From Candidatus Moraniibacteriota bacterium (GTDB lineage: Bacteria > Patescibacteriota > Minisyncoccia > Moranbacterales > DUUL01): a DNA stretch of 37,168 bases. Shown here piece by piece: positions 11,113 to 20,476 of the stretch. The DNA lies in the NCBI GenBank assembly GCA_046497225.1, contig JAWOGA010000009.1:1-37168 (forward strand), read 5' to 3'. The stretch's first letter is position 1; each line of letters starts with the position of its first letter. Position numbers and translations under genes: made by a program. Below the pieces are notes generated by a model, which was given only the letters and a program-made list of their open reading frames with translations, was not told the origin of the DNA and did not search any database.

Positions 11113-12582
11113 ATGTATAAAATTTGGCCAAAAAGTTTCCTGAGGATTTTATTTTTTACTTCTTTTTTTGGAGTTTTATTTTTTACTTCCAGTATTGTTT
11201 TAGCTGATGACTATGATATTTATGTAGATACAGATCATGACGGAGAAGAAAAAGGGACTGAGGATGAGCCTTTCAATTCCATTAAAGATGCTTTAAAAGA
11301 AGCCGAAGCTGAAGATTTAAGCGATATTTATATCAAAGAAGGAACTTATGAAGGAGATTTAGTTGTGGAAGAGTCTGTTAATTTTATCGGAGAAGACAAG
11401 AATGAAGTTATTATTGAGGGCGACATTGAAGCAAATGATGATTTTAAAGCTGAAAAATTAACACTAAAAGGTTCTGTGGTTATAGAAGGTGATTCTGATC
11501 TTGAATTAAAAGATTGCAAAGTGAAAGATTTTTCCGGTATAGGAATAGAAGCTTTGGAGGGAGATGGAAAAGTGGAAGTTGAAGATTGTGAAGTGAGTGG
11601 AGAAGGAAAAGGTTTTTATATAATGAGAGGCAGAGAGATTAGAATAGAAAACAATGACATACATCATAATATTGGGGAAGAAGCTGTTGATTTAAGAGCT
11701 GAATTATCAGGCATTATAAAAGACAATAAAATTCACAATAACGGAGAAAGCGGAATAGAAGTGATAGTTGGAGAAGCGGATTTGGAGATTATCGGTAATG
11801 ATATTGAAGATAGCGGCTCCAGCGCTATTGCAACTCAATTCTATCCGGATTGGGAAGATAAGGGTAAAATTGTAATTAAGGATAATACTTTAGAAGATAG
11901 CGATAATTATGGAATAGATTGCAAGCGACCTCAAGGAGGTTCCGGCGGAGATAATTATTTCAGAGATTCTCTGGAAGTTTCAGATAATGAAATTCAGGAT
12001 AACGATAAAGGTGATATCGCTGATTATTGCGGCCTAGACAAAGAAGAGGAAAAACCCGTTCCTCAACCTCCATCTCCTTCTGAAGCAAAAAAGGAAAACG
12101 CTAATACCAACTCGGAGGAAAACAAAGATGATTCCGGAGAACAAGTAGGCAATGGAGATGAAGATAGCCAAGAAAATATCTCAGAAGAGGAGAAAAGGGA
12201 TAATGAAAAAGAAAAAGAACTGGAAAAGAACAGGGAGAGAGTTAGAAAAGAAAAAAATATATTATTAGATAAACAAAGCGAAGAAAAACAAATTTTCCTT
12301 CAAGAAAAAAAGCAGATTAAAAACAAAAATGCAATCTCTGTTTTTTTTCTTGGTCCTTCGTATCAAAAAATTGAAGAAGCCGAGAACAAAATAAAGGAGA
12401 TGGAGGATAATCTTGTTGAGATGAAAGAATTGCAAAAACAGGCTTTGTCCGAAGAAGATAAAAAAGAAATCGGCGATCAAATAAAAGAAAGCCAATCTTT
12501 CATAGAGGAAAATAAAAATAAAATTAAAGATCAAGAGGACAGATTTAGCCTATTTGGTTGGTTGGTTAAGTGGTTTAGCTGA
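11113..12582 (+). CDS. secreted or anchored parallel beta-helix repeat protein with an acidic/Lys-rich coiled-coil tail
   Basis: Hydrophobic N-terminus. Repetitive about-22-aa segments with G/N/D-I/V patterns (IENNDIHHN, IKDNKIHNNGESGIEV, IIGNDIEDSGSSAI, IKDNTLEDSDNYGID) typical of right-handed beta-helix (NosD/pectate-lyase-like) repeats. These are followed by a PQPPSPS linker and about 170 aa of E/K-rich sequence. Confidence 0.5.
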   Translation: MYKIWPKSFLRILFFTSFFGVLFFTSSIVLADDYDIYVDTDHDGEEKGTEDEPFNSIKDALKEAEAEDLSDIYIKEGTYEGDLVVEESVNFIGEDKNEVIIEGDIEANDDFKAEKLTLKGSVVIEGDSDLELKDCKVKDFSGIGIEALEGDGKVEVEDCEVSGEGKGFYIMRGREIRIENNDIHHNIGEEAVDLRAELSGIIKDNKIHNNGESGIEVIVGEADLEIIGNDIEDSGSSAIATQFYPDWEDKGKIVIKDNTLEDSDNYGIDCKRPQGGSGGDNYFRDSLEVSDNEIQDNDKGDIADYCGLDKEEEKPVPQPPSPSEAKKENANTNSEENKDDSGEQVGNGDEDSQENISEEEKRDNEKEKELEKNRERVRKEKNILLDKQSEEKQIFLQEKKQIKNKNAISVFFLGPSYQKIEEAENKIKEMEDNLVEMKELQKQALSEEDKKEIGDQIKESQSFIEENKNKIKDQEDRFSLFGWLVKWFS

Positions 12583-12723
12583 ATTTTAAATCTAGAATTT
12601 TGAAGTTCGAGGAAACTTTTTTCTGCTGGAGCGGGAATTCCGGTCTGGTTCGGGGATTTTGAAATAAAAAAACAGGCGGACTGGCCTGAGGCTAGTTGTT
12701 TAAATAAGTCTTAAAAAACTAAA

Positions 12724-14622
12724 ATGAAGAAGATTTTTCTAATCCCGGCTTTTTTGTTAGTCTTTTTGGCTCTGCCTGGAGAGTCTTTGGCTTTGGAAGA
12801 CCGGGGCGGCTTTGTGATCGAAAATTATGAAGTCGAAATCAAAATTGAGAAAAACGGTGACTTGAAGGTTGAGGAGGAAATTGGAGTAAATTTTCTTGAG
12901 GATAGGCATGGCATTTTCAGAGAAATTCCCTATAGATACAAAAACGATCAAGGTTTTGAATATAATTTGGATTTGAAAAATTTTGATGTTTCCAGCAAAA
13001 ATGGTCAAAGCATACCTTTTGAAAGAAAAAAAGAAGCGGGCAATGTTGTTTTAAAAATTGGAGACCCGGACAAAGAAGTCCGAGGCAGGCATAATTACAG
13101 GATAGATTATTCTGTGGAATCGGGGATTAGGTATTTTGAAGATCACGATGAGCTTTATTGGAACGCAGTGGGAACAGAGTGGCCGACCATTGTCAAAAAA
13201 GCCAAAAGCAAGGTAATCTTTCCGGCTCATTTTGACGTGGCAAAAGAAGATCTGAATTGCTTTACTGGCGAGAAAGGGAGTAAAGAAAGCGATTGTTCAG
13301 CTGAAAAAATAAAAACAAAAGATGTTGTAGGAGGGGTTGAATTTGTCTCTGATAAGCAGCTCAAGGCAAATGAGGGGATGACAGTGGCGGTTAAATTCCC
13401 CAAAGGCTTTATAGAAGAGCCCACCAAGGAGGAAAAAGCAGGGAAGTTATTTTCAGACAACTGGGGGTTTTTAATTCCGATCCCGGTTTTCTTGCTAATG
13501 CTGTTTTTATGGATAAATAAAGGCAGGGAAATAAATTTGAATAAAACAACAATTGCTCAATATGAGATTCCTGATAATTTAACTCCGGGAGAAGTGGGCT
13601 ATTTATTGAAAGAAAAATATAGTAGTAGCTTTGTCTCAGCCGATATGGTTAATTTAGCAGTGAAGGGTTATTTGAAAATTAAAGAAATAGAAAGAAGCGG
13701 TTTTTCAAAATTGACTCAAAAGTTTTTGAAAAAAGCCCCGCCGTATCTTGTAATTTTAATGATAATTGGAGGCGGCATAGGATTTGCGACGAAAAATGAT
13801 GTGTTAATTCTTGCTTTCTTGTTCCCGGGTTTTATGGGTGCAATTATTATTTCTATTATTGCTAGTAAAATCAGGAATCGTTCCTCCGGCAAATATAAGT
13901 TGATCAAGAAGAGAGATTGGGAGAATGAAACAGTCCTTGTCGAGCACGAGAAAAAACTCTTGGATGGGTTGTTTACTAAAACTGGAAAAGATGAAATAGC
14001 TTTGGAGGAGCTGGAAGAATTTCATAGTGATGTTAAAATTTCCAGAAACGCCTTGAAAAAGCAAGTCAAAGACAGAGAATATTTTTATCAAGATTTCTGG
14101 CGATCCAAGGGAGTTTATTTTGTGTTTGCCTTTTCATTGGCGTTTTTAGCTGTTTTTGGAGCGGCTACATCCTCCAGGCTGGATTTATTTGTGGGAGGAT
14201 TTGCCAGCGCTTTGGTGGTTGCCGGTTTTGGGATGTTTATGTCCAAAAAGACTAAAAAAGGGGCGGAAGCGGTTTGGAAAATTCAAGGATTTAAAGAATA
14301 TATTAAGACGGCGGAGAGATACAGAGTTAAGTTTCAAGAAAAAGAAAATTTATTTGAAAAGTATCTGCCTTATGCTATGGTTTTTGGTTTGGCGGATAAA
14401 TGGGCAAAGGCTTTTGAGGGAATTTATGAAAAGAATCCGGAGTGGTATGAGTCTTCTCAGCCGGGCGCTTTCCATGCCGGATATTTAGCCGGGTCGCTGG
14501 GTAATTTTGCCGATTCTGCCAACGTCGCTTATAATCCGCCCCGATCTTCTTCATCTTCCGGATTTGGCGGAGGAGGAAGCGCCGGAGGAGGATCCGGCGG
14601 AGGAGGGGGAGGAAGTTGGTGA
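12724..14622 (+). CDS. DUF2207-type membrane protein
   Basis: Signal-like N-terminus, an extracytoplasmic domain of about 230 aa, several TM helices, and a Gly/Ser-rich C-terminal tail (SSSSSGFGGGGSAGGGSGGGGGGSW). As I recall, this layout is characteristic of the DUF2207 family. Confidence 0.7.
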   Translation: MKKIFLIPAFLLVFLALPGESLALEDRGGFVIENYEVEIKIEKNGDLKVEEEIGVNFLEDRHGIFREIPYRYKNDQGFEYNLDLKNFDVSSKNGQSIPFERKKEAGNVVLKIGDPDKEVRGRHNYRIDYSVESGIRYFEDHDELYWNAVGTEWPTIVKKAKSKVIFPAHFDVAKEDLNCFTGEKGSKESDCSAEKIKTKDVVGGVEFVSDKQLKANEGMTVAVKFPKGFIEEPTKEEKAGKLFSDNWGFLIPIPVFLLMLFLWINKGREINLNKTTIAQYEIPDNLTPGEVGYLLKEKYSSSFVSADMVNLAVKGYLKIKEIERSGFSKLTQKFLKKAPPYLVILMIIGGGIGFATKNDVLILAFLFPGFMGAIIISIIASKIRNRSSGKYKLIKKRDWENETVLVEHEKKLLDGLFTKTGKDEIALEELEEFHSDVKISRNALKKQVKDREYFYQDFWRSKGVYFVFAFSLAFLAVFGAATSSRLDLFVGGFASALVVAGFGMFMSKKTKKGAEAVWKIQGFKEYIKTAERYRVKFQEKENLFEKYLPYAMVFGLADKWAKAFEGIYEKNPEWYESSQPGAFHAGYLAGSLGNFADSANVAYNPPRSSSSSGFGGGGSAGGGSGGGGGGSW

Positions 14623-14730
14623 TAATGAATGAGAGCAGGTTTTAAAATCGCCAAATGAAAAGATTTTACTCGTAAAACAAATTCGGGAGTTGTGAAATAA
14701 TTGTGGATAACTCAAAAGGTTTTAATAAAA

Positions 14731-14759
14731 AATGGCTTATTTAAGCCATTTTTTATTTT
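14731..14759 (+). terminator. rho-independent terminator after the DUF2207 gene
   Basis: AATGGCTTA (14731-14739) pairs with TAAGCCATT (14742-14750). It is followed by TTTTATTTT and preceded by an A-run. Confidence 0.6.
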
Positions 14760-14781
14760 GAAATTAAATGGTGGAAAATGT

Positions 14782-14810
14782 TTGACATGGGGAATAGTGT
14801 GGATTATAAT
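14782..14810 (+). promoter_or_regulatory. consensus sigma70 promoter of the dcw (mraZ) operon: TTGACA-N17-TATAAT
   Basis: Perfect TTGACA at 14782-14787 and perfect TATAAT at 14805-14810 with a 17-nt spacer, about 210 nt upstream of mraZ. Confidence 0.7.
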
Positions 14811-14833
14811 GTATACAAGTGGTGAAAAGTGGG
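14788..14833 (+). promoter_or_regulatory. candidate MraZ operator: phased (G)TGG(G/T) direct repeats across and just downstream of the promoter
   Basis: TGGGG at 14788-14792, GTGTGG at 14797-14802, AAGTGGT at 14817-14823, AAGTGGG at 14827-14833. The TGG cores are spaced at roughly 10-bp multiples. Confidence 0.45.
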
Positions 14834-15018
14834 GGAAATTCTTCGGCAACTGGTTGTTTGTAATTTGCTATTCGGATTTATGTTTTTTAAAAGGCTTAAT
14901 TAAAAGATACCGCTTAAAGCGCGATTCAAAATTTTAATCAAGACTTCATTTCGAATGATTAATTCCAACTGGCAATTTCAATCACCAACACTAATCGCTA
15001 ATTACCAATTACAAATCT

Positions 15019-15453
15019 ATGTTTATCGGTGAATACAAGCACTCCATAGACACAAAAAAGAGGTTGGCGCTGCCTTCTAAATTTAGGCGAAGTTTTAAAA
15101 ATAAAGCAGTAGTAACGAGGGGGTTGGATAATTGCCTTTTTGTTTATCCAATGAAGGAGTGGGAGAAAATTGCCGAAAAACTTGGAAATATGCCCGTAGG
15201 AGAAAGCGCCACCCGAAGTTTTGTGAGATTGATGCTAGCCGGCGCGATTGATGTGGAGCTTGATTCTCAGGGCAGGGTTTTGGTGCCGGATTATTTAAAA
15301 GAATACGCCGGACTGGATAAAGAAGTTATTATAGCGGGACTTTTTAACAGATTAGAAATTTGGAATAAAAAATCTTGGGATAAATACAAAGAAAATGCGG
15401 AAAAAAATCAAGACAAAATTGCTGAAGAACTTGGAAAATTGGGAATTTATTAA
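15019..15453 (+). CDS. mraZ: transcriptional regulator MraZ
   Basis: MFIGEYKHSIDTKKRLALPSKFR and a second SpoVT/AbrB-like half (DSQGRVLVPDYLKEYAGL). First gene of the dcw cluster. Confidence 0.95.
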   Translation: MFIGEYKHSIDTKKRLALPSKFRRSFKNKAVVTRGLDNCLFVYPMKEWEKIAEKLGNMPVGESATRSFVRLMLAGAIDVELDSQGRVLVPDYLKEYAGLDKEVIIAGLFNRLEIWNKKSWDKYKENAEKNQDKIAEELGKLGIY

Positions 15454-15473
15454 ACTCTAGGAAATATTGTTAT

Positions 15474-16406
15474 ATGCACAAGACAGTTTTGTTGGAGGAA
15501 GCGGTAAATGGATTAAATCTTAAGAGAGAATCGGTTGTGGTTGATGCTACTGTTGGAGGAGGCGGACATAGCTTGAAAATTTTGGATAATTTAGATAAAA
15601 AGGGAATTTTAATCGGAATAGACATTGACAAAAAAGCATTGGAAGAATTTCAAGATTTAATCAAGGAGAGGAAATATTTCTCCGAAATTATCCTAAAAAG
15701 TGAAAATTTTTCCAACTTGGATAAAGTTTTGCAAGAAGAAAATATTGATGGTGTTGATGGGATTTTGGCGGATTTAGGTTGGAGGTCTCAGCAAATTGAA
15801 GACAAGAATTACGGTTTTAGCTTTAAAGAGGATGTTCCTTTGGATATGAGATTGGGGAAAAAAGAGGGATTAGATGCAAAAGAAATAGTTAACAATTGGA
15901 AAGCGGAAGACTTGGAGAGGATTTTTAAGGAATTCGGAGAAGAGCGATATGCTAGAAAAGTTGCCATGGCAATAGAGAAATCAAGAGAAAATGAGAAAAT
16001 AGAAACTACGGGCCAATTGGTTGACATTATTGAAAAAAGCATCGGCGGTTATTATAGAAAGCTAAAAATCCATTCGGCAACACGTGTTTTTCAGGCAATC
16101 AGAATCGAGGTCAATAAAGAACTTGAAAATCTAGAAACTTTTTTAGAAAAAAGTTTGAAGGTTTTGAACCCGGGAGGAAGAATGGTTATAATAAGCTTTC
16201 ATTCTCTTGAAGATAGAATGGTAAAAAGATTTTTTCGGACAAATGCGAGGGGATGTATTTGCCCGAAGGATTTGCCGGTTTGCGCTTGCGGGGAAAAACC
16301 TTTAATTAAGATAATAAATAAGAAACCGCTTACTCCAAGCGAGGAGGAAATTGCAAATAACTCAAGATCTCGAAGCGCTAAATTGAGAATAGCTGAAAAG
16401 ATTTGA
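15474..16406 (+). CDS. rsmH: 16S rRNA (cytosine1402-N4)-methyltransferase RsmH (MraW)
   Basis: HKTVLLEEAV, DATVGGGGHS, DGILADLGWRSQQ, SFHSLEDRMVK, NSRSRSAKLR. Confidence 0.95.
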   Translation: MHKTVLLEEAVNGLNLKRESVVVDATVGGGGHSLKILDNLDKKGILIGIDIDKKALEEFQDLIKERKYFSEIILKSENFSNLDKVLQEENIDGVDGILADLGWRSQQIEDKNYGFSFKEDVPLDMRLGKKEGLDAKEIVNNWKAEDLERIFKEFGEERYARKVAMAIEKSRENEKIETTGQLVDIIEKSIGGYYRKLKIHSATRVFQAIRIEVNKELENLETFLEKSLKVLNPGGRMVIISFHSLEDRMVKRFFRTNARGCICPKDLPVCACGEKPLIKIINKKPLTPSEEEIANNSRSRSAKLRIAEKI

Positions 16407-16551
16407 TTGGAATGTTGATCGTTATTAGTTTTAACGTATTGGGTGTGAGATTGAAATCTAAGGATTTTTTTAATGAAGTTATTTTTTCGGAAGTAGATAT
16501 TTTAAATAACATCAATTAATTATAATTAATTTTTTTGGGGGGTTCCAAAAA

Positions 16552-16938
16552 ATGGCAAAATCTTTAAATGTAAAAAATTGCAGAAATTACTGCGCCAAAA
16601 GAGAAAAGAAAAGTTCGGACTTCAAAAAAAGTTTTAGTTTTTTTGATTTTTCGATTAGTTCGAAGTTTTTATTTTTTCTCTTGATTGGATTAATTGGCTT
16701 TAGTGGAATTTTTTATATCTTTCAAGTAAACAAACTTGCTACTATGGGGTATACCATTAATGAGAAGCAACAAACCTTAGATGATTTAAAACAAGAAAAA
16801 AGAGAGCTGGAAATTAAAGTGGCCGGTCTAAGATCCGTTTATCGTTTTGAGAATAAGGAGGAATTATTTGAGATGATTGAGCCGGAAAAAATTAGCTATA
16901 TAGAAGTGGAATCCCAAAGGCCGGTAGCTATGAAATAA
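16552..16938 (+). CDS. FtsL-like bitopic division protein (positional call)
   Basis: 128 aa with a basic N-terminus, a single TM (FLFFLLIGLIGFSGIFYIF), then a heptad-like segment (LDDLKQEKRELEIKVAGL). It occupies the ftsL slot between rsmH and ftsI. Confidence 0.45.
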   Translation: MAKSLNVKNCRNYCAKREKKSSDFKKSFSFFDFSISSKFLFFLLIGLIGFSGIFYIFQVNKLATMGYTINEKQQTLDDLKQEKRELEIKVAGLRSVYRFENKEELFEMIEPEKISYIEVESQRPVAMK

Positions 16939-16953
16939 TATTGAAAAAACATT

Positions 16954-18801
16954 ATGGCTGGAAGTAACAAAAAAAAAGGAGGGGATGATAATGTTTTTAG
17001 GCTAAGAATAAACTTGCTTTCCTTGGTGGTTATTTCTCTGGGAGGGGTAGTTGTTTTTCAATTGTACTCTCTTCAAATAAAAGCTTATGATGATTACAAG
17101 AAAGAGGCACAAGGGCAGTATATGGTTAGCAGAAATTTAGAGCCTCGAAGAGGGGAAATTTTTATACAAGATCAAGAGGGTCTTTTTCCGGTGGCTGTAA
17201 ATAAAAATATGCCCACCGCTTACGCTGTTCCTAAAATTATTGAAGAAGAGGATATTGCAAACATTGCTGAGCAAGTCAGCGAAGCTCTTCAATTAGATGA
17301 AAAAAAGATTCAAGAAAAACTTCTCAAAAGAGACGATGTATATGAACCTTTGAAAAGAAAATTAAATGAAGAGGAGATTGAAAAAATAAAAAATATTGAT
17401 AATGAGGGAATCAAATTAAGGCAAGAAAGCTGGAGATTTTATCCCGGCGAAAGTTTAGCTTCTCAAGTTATTGGCTTCGTCGGTTACAAGGGGGATGGGA
17501 GAGAGGGAATTTATGGCTTGGAAAGCTATTATCAGAATAAATTAGAAGGTTCGCCGGGATATCTTCATCAAGAAAAAGATAATTCCAACAGGTGGATTTC
17601 TATAGGGGAAAGGACGTTTAAGCCATCTAAAGATGGTGAGAATTTAGTTTTATCAATTGATCATACAGTGCAATACAAAGCGGAGCAAGTGTTAAAAAAT
17701 GCTGTAAAGAAGCATGATGCCGATGGGGGAAGAATTATTATTATGGATCCTTACTCCGGAAATATCATAGCTATGGTGGAAGAGCCCGGATTTAATTTAA
17801 ATAATTATTCCAAAGTTGAAAATCCTTCAGTTTTTAAAAATTTTTTGGTTTCAGATACTTATGAGTGCGGTTCGGTTTTCAAGGCGATTACAATGGCAGC
17901 CGGATTGGATGACGGAGCGGTTGAATTTGATGAGACTTATGTTGACACGGGTCAAGTGAAAGAAGGAGGATACACTATAAAAAATTCCGAAGAGAAAGTT
18001 TACGGAGAACAAAGTATGACAGAAATTATAGAAAACTCTATTAACACCGGAGTTATTTATGTGGAAAAGAAACTAGGAAACGAAAAGTTTTATGATTATG
18101 TTGAAAAATTCGGTTTTGGCGAAAAAACGGGAATTGATTTGCCAAGCGAAGCAAGGGGAAATTTATCCAATTTAAAGTCGGGTAGGGATATTGAGTATTT
18201 TACAGCTTCTTTTGGTCAAGGAATTACAGTCACGCCGATTCAATTAGTTAATGCTTACGCGGCTATTGCTAACGGGGGGGAAGTTCTAGAGCCCAAGTTG
18301 GTTGATTACGTACTCGATTCTAACGGAGAAAAAAGACAGAATAAGAGAAACGTAATAAGGAAGGTTATCTCCCGTGATGCGGCTAATAAAATAAGTTTAA
18401 TGTTGGAAAGCAATGTTTCCGGCGGGCATGGAACTCCGGCGACGGTTCCTGGATATAGAGTGGCGGGAAAGACGGGTACGGCTCAAATTTCTGATAAAGA
18501 AAAAGGTGGATATTTGGAAGATGCCACAGTGGGTTCTTTTGCCGGATTTGCTCCGGTAGAGAATCCTAAATTTGCTATGTTGACGGTAATTGATAACCCT
18601 AAGGATGTTGAGTGGGCTGAAAGTACCGCAGGGCCTGTTTTTGGAGAATTGGCAAAATTCTTATTTGATTACTATGGAATTGAACCGGAATTGGATTTTA
18701 CGCAAGAGGAATTGAATGAATTTGATAAAAGCCATAAATACCTAAGAAATTCAAATCAAGAAGATTCTGAAAAAGATGACCCGGAACCGAAAGAAGAGTA
18801 A
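16954..18801 (+). CDS. ftsI: class B penicillin-binding protein / peptidoglycan D,D-transpeptidase (FtsI-type)
   Basis: N-terminal TM anchor. Transpeptidase motifs SxxK (GSVFK), SxN (NSINTG) and KTG (GKTGTA). Position in the dcw cluster supports the call. Confidence 0.9.
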   Translation: MAGSNKKKGGDDNVFRLRINLLSLVVISLGGVVVFQLYSLQIKAYDDYKKEAQGQYMVSRNLEPRRGEIFIQDQEGLFPVAVNKNMPTAYAVPKIIEEEDIANIAEQVSEALQLDEKKIQEKLLKRDDVYEPLKRKLNEEEIEKIKNIDNEGIKLRQESWRFYPGESLASQVIGFVGYKGDGREGIYGLESYYQNKLEGSPGYLHQEKDNSNRWISIGERTFKPSKDGENLVLSIDHTVQYKAEQVLKNAVKKHDADGGRIIIMDPYSGNIIAMVEEPGFNLNNYSKVENPSVFKNFLVSDTYECGSVFKAITMAAGLDDGAVEFDETYVDTGQVKEGGYTIKNSEEKVYGEQSMTEIIENSINTGVIYVEKKLGNEKFYDYVEKFGFGEKTGIDLPSEARGNLSNLKSGRDIEYFTASFGQGITVTPIQLVNAYAAIANGGEVLEPKLVDYVLDSNGEKRQNKRNVIRKVISRDAANKISLMLESNVSGGHGTPATVPGYRVAGKTGTAQISDKEKGGYLEDATVGSFAGFAPVENPKFAMLTVIDNPKDVEWAESTAGPVFGELAKFLFDYYGIEPELDFTQEELNEFDKSHKYLRNSNQEDSEKDDPEPKEE

Positions 18802-18918
18802 ATAACAATTTAGCCTGGGTGGTTATGTTACTGAGAATTAAATCAAATTAACGAGCTTAAATAATTAATTAGAAGTTATATTTCTCAAATAAAAAGTTAA
18901 AAATTTTGAATCAGCTAA

Positions 18919-20184
18919 ATGAAGAAAAAAATAATCCAGAAAATTTTAAGAAGTATGGCAAGGGCTGTACTTAAAAAAAGAAGGCCTTTTGTGATAGCAA
19001 TAACGGGTAGTATAGGGAAAACAACCACTAAGGAGATGGTTGGTAAAATGCTTTCCGACTTCAAAGAAGTTCGTTTTAGTAAAGGGAATTATAATAATGA
19101 AATCGGAGTTCCATTGACTATTATTGGAACCTATATTAAGCCCGGAAGGTCCAAGTTGATTCAATTTTTTAAAGTATTTTTTGTTTGGTTATCAGTAATT
19201 TTTAGTGGAAAAAATTATCCGGAGATTTTAATTTTGGAATTTGGAGCTGATCATCCGGGTGATATTAAATATTTGTGCGAATTTATTCCCGTATCAGTAG
19301 GAGTTTTGACAGACATAGGCATCTCTCATTTGGAAAATTTTGGTTCGAAAGATTCAATAGCCAAGGAGAAGGGAGTCTTGTTGAGAAGTTTATCTTCTGA
19401 TTCTCTAGCTGTTTTCAATTGTGATAATCCTAAAGTGAAAGCAATAGGGAAAAAAATTAATGCTAATACCTTGAGTTACGGTTTTAGTGATAATTGTAAA
19501 TTGAGAGCATCTGATTTTTACTATGATTACAAAAACGGGAATTCCGAAGGAATTAAAGTTTTAAATGGAACAGGATTTAAGCTTACGTATCAAGGTAAAT
19601 TAATGCCGGTCAAATTGGATTATTGTATTGGAACAGGAAGTGTATATGCAGCGTTGGCCGCATTGGGAGTTGGGCTTTATTTTGATTTGAATATGGTTGA
19701 AATGATGCAATCATTAAAAAATGTTCGCCCGTGTCCTGGAAGAATGAACTTAATTAAGGGCATTAAAGAAACTATCATCATTGATGATTCTTACAATAGC
19801 GCTCCGGATAGCCTAAGTTCAGCCTTGGAGGCTTTGAGGGAGTTGAATGCGGAAAGAAAAATTCTAGTTTTAGGTGATATGCTTGAACTTGGAGAAGAAG
19901 AGGAAGAAGCTCATAAACAAGCCTTATCGGAAGTTTTTGATTCCAAGCCGGATGCTGTTTTATTGGTAGGCGAGAGGTTTCAAGAGGCCACTGAAAGTCT
20001 TTCTGCGAGTAAAAAAGAAAAAGTCATCGTCTTTGAAAATGCCAAAAAAGCCGGTAGATTTTTACAGGACTATATTAAAGTGGGAGACCTGATTCTTATT
20101 AAAGGCTCACGAGGCATAAGTTTGGAAAAAGCCGTTAAAGAAATAATGAGGCATCCGGAAGAGGCGAAAAGGCTTTTGGTTTAA
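18919..20184 (+). CDS. murF: UDP-N-acetylmuramoyl-tripeptide--D-alanyl-D-alanine ligase (MurF-type Mur ligase)
   Basis: Mur ligase P-loop (ITGSIGKTTTKEM), NYNNEIGVPLT, DDSYNSAPDS, GDMLELGEE. It lacks the MurE-type DNPR motif, so I call it MurF rather than MurE. Confidence 0.8.
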   Translation: MKKKIIQKILRSMARAVLKKRRPFVIAITGSIGKTTTKEMVGKMLSDFKEVRFSKGNYNNEIGVPLTIIGTYIKPGRSKLIQFFKVFFVWLSVIFSGKNYPEILILEFGADHPGDIKYLCEFIPVSVGVLTDIGISHLENFGSKDSIAKEKGVLLRSLSSDSLAVFNCDNPKVKAIGKKINANTLSYGFSDNCKLRASDFYYDYKNGNSEGIKVLNGTGFKLTYQGKLMPVKLDYCIGTGSVYAALAALGVGLYFDLNMVEMMQSLKNVRPCPGRMNLIKGIKETIIIDDSYNSAPDSLSSALEALRELNAERKILVLGDMLELGEEEEEAHKQALSEVFDSKPDAVLLVGERFQEATESLSASKKEKVIVFENAKKAGRFLQDYIKVGDLILIKGSRGISLEKAVKEIMRHPEEAKRLLV

Positions 20185-20239
20185 TTATATATGGTGTTTA
20201 ATTTGTTATTTGCTGCTTTTTAGTAATTATTGATTTTTA

Positions 20240-20269
20240 AGACTTACTGTTTATTGGGTAAGTTTTTTG
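20240..20269 (+). terminator. candidate rho-independent terminator after murF
   Basis: AGACTTAC ... GTAAGT(T)T hairpin (core ACTTAC 20242-20247 / GTAAGT 20258-20263) with a 10-nt loop, followed by TTTTTT. Confidence 0.5.
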
Positions 20270-20476
20270 CTTTAATTGGAAAAAAGATTGAGCATGAGGG
20301 AGAGTTTCTATGTAATAAAAGATTTATTTTTCGGTTATGAGGTTTTATTGCAAAGAGGTATTTTGTGAATATTTTATTCAATCTTATTTTTTACCTCTTT
20401 CTTAGTGATTTGAGTATTAAGCGCGCGTCTTTTCAAATATATTTTTTTGTTGTATAATCCATTCCAGTTTTGGTAT

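Noticed and set aside
11147-11189. 16-nt perfect direct repeat TTTTATTTTTTACTTC, 27 nt apart, in the signal-peptide region of the beta-helix protein
   Set aside because: It is an in-frame local duplication (ILFFTS / VLFFTS) of low-complexity T-rich sequence. This is probably replication slippage with no regulatory meaning.
12640-12700. Locally GC-rich patch with a CAGGC-GGACTG-GCCTG hairpin preceded by an A-run, upstream of the DUF2207 gene
   Set aside because: The stem is only 5 bp with no T-run on the plus strand. No minus-strand gene to its right would need a terminator. The evidence is insufficient for a riboswitch or terminator call.
14530-14622. GGA/GGC-rich repetitive stretch
   Set aside because: It is simply the coding sequence of the Gly/Ser-rich C-terminal tail of the DUF2207 protein, not a tandem-repeat locus or CRISPR.
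14701-14937. 78-aa plus-strand ORF upstream of mraZ
   Set aside because: It spans a terminator hairpin, the consensus dcw promoter and the candidate MraZ boxes. The region is better explained as regulatory DNA.
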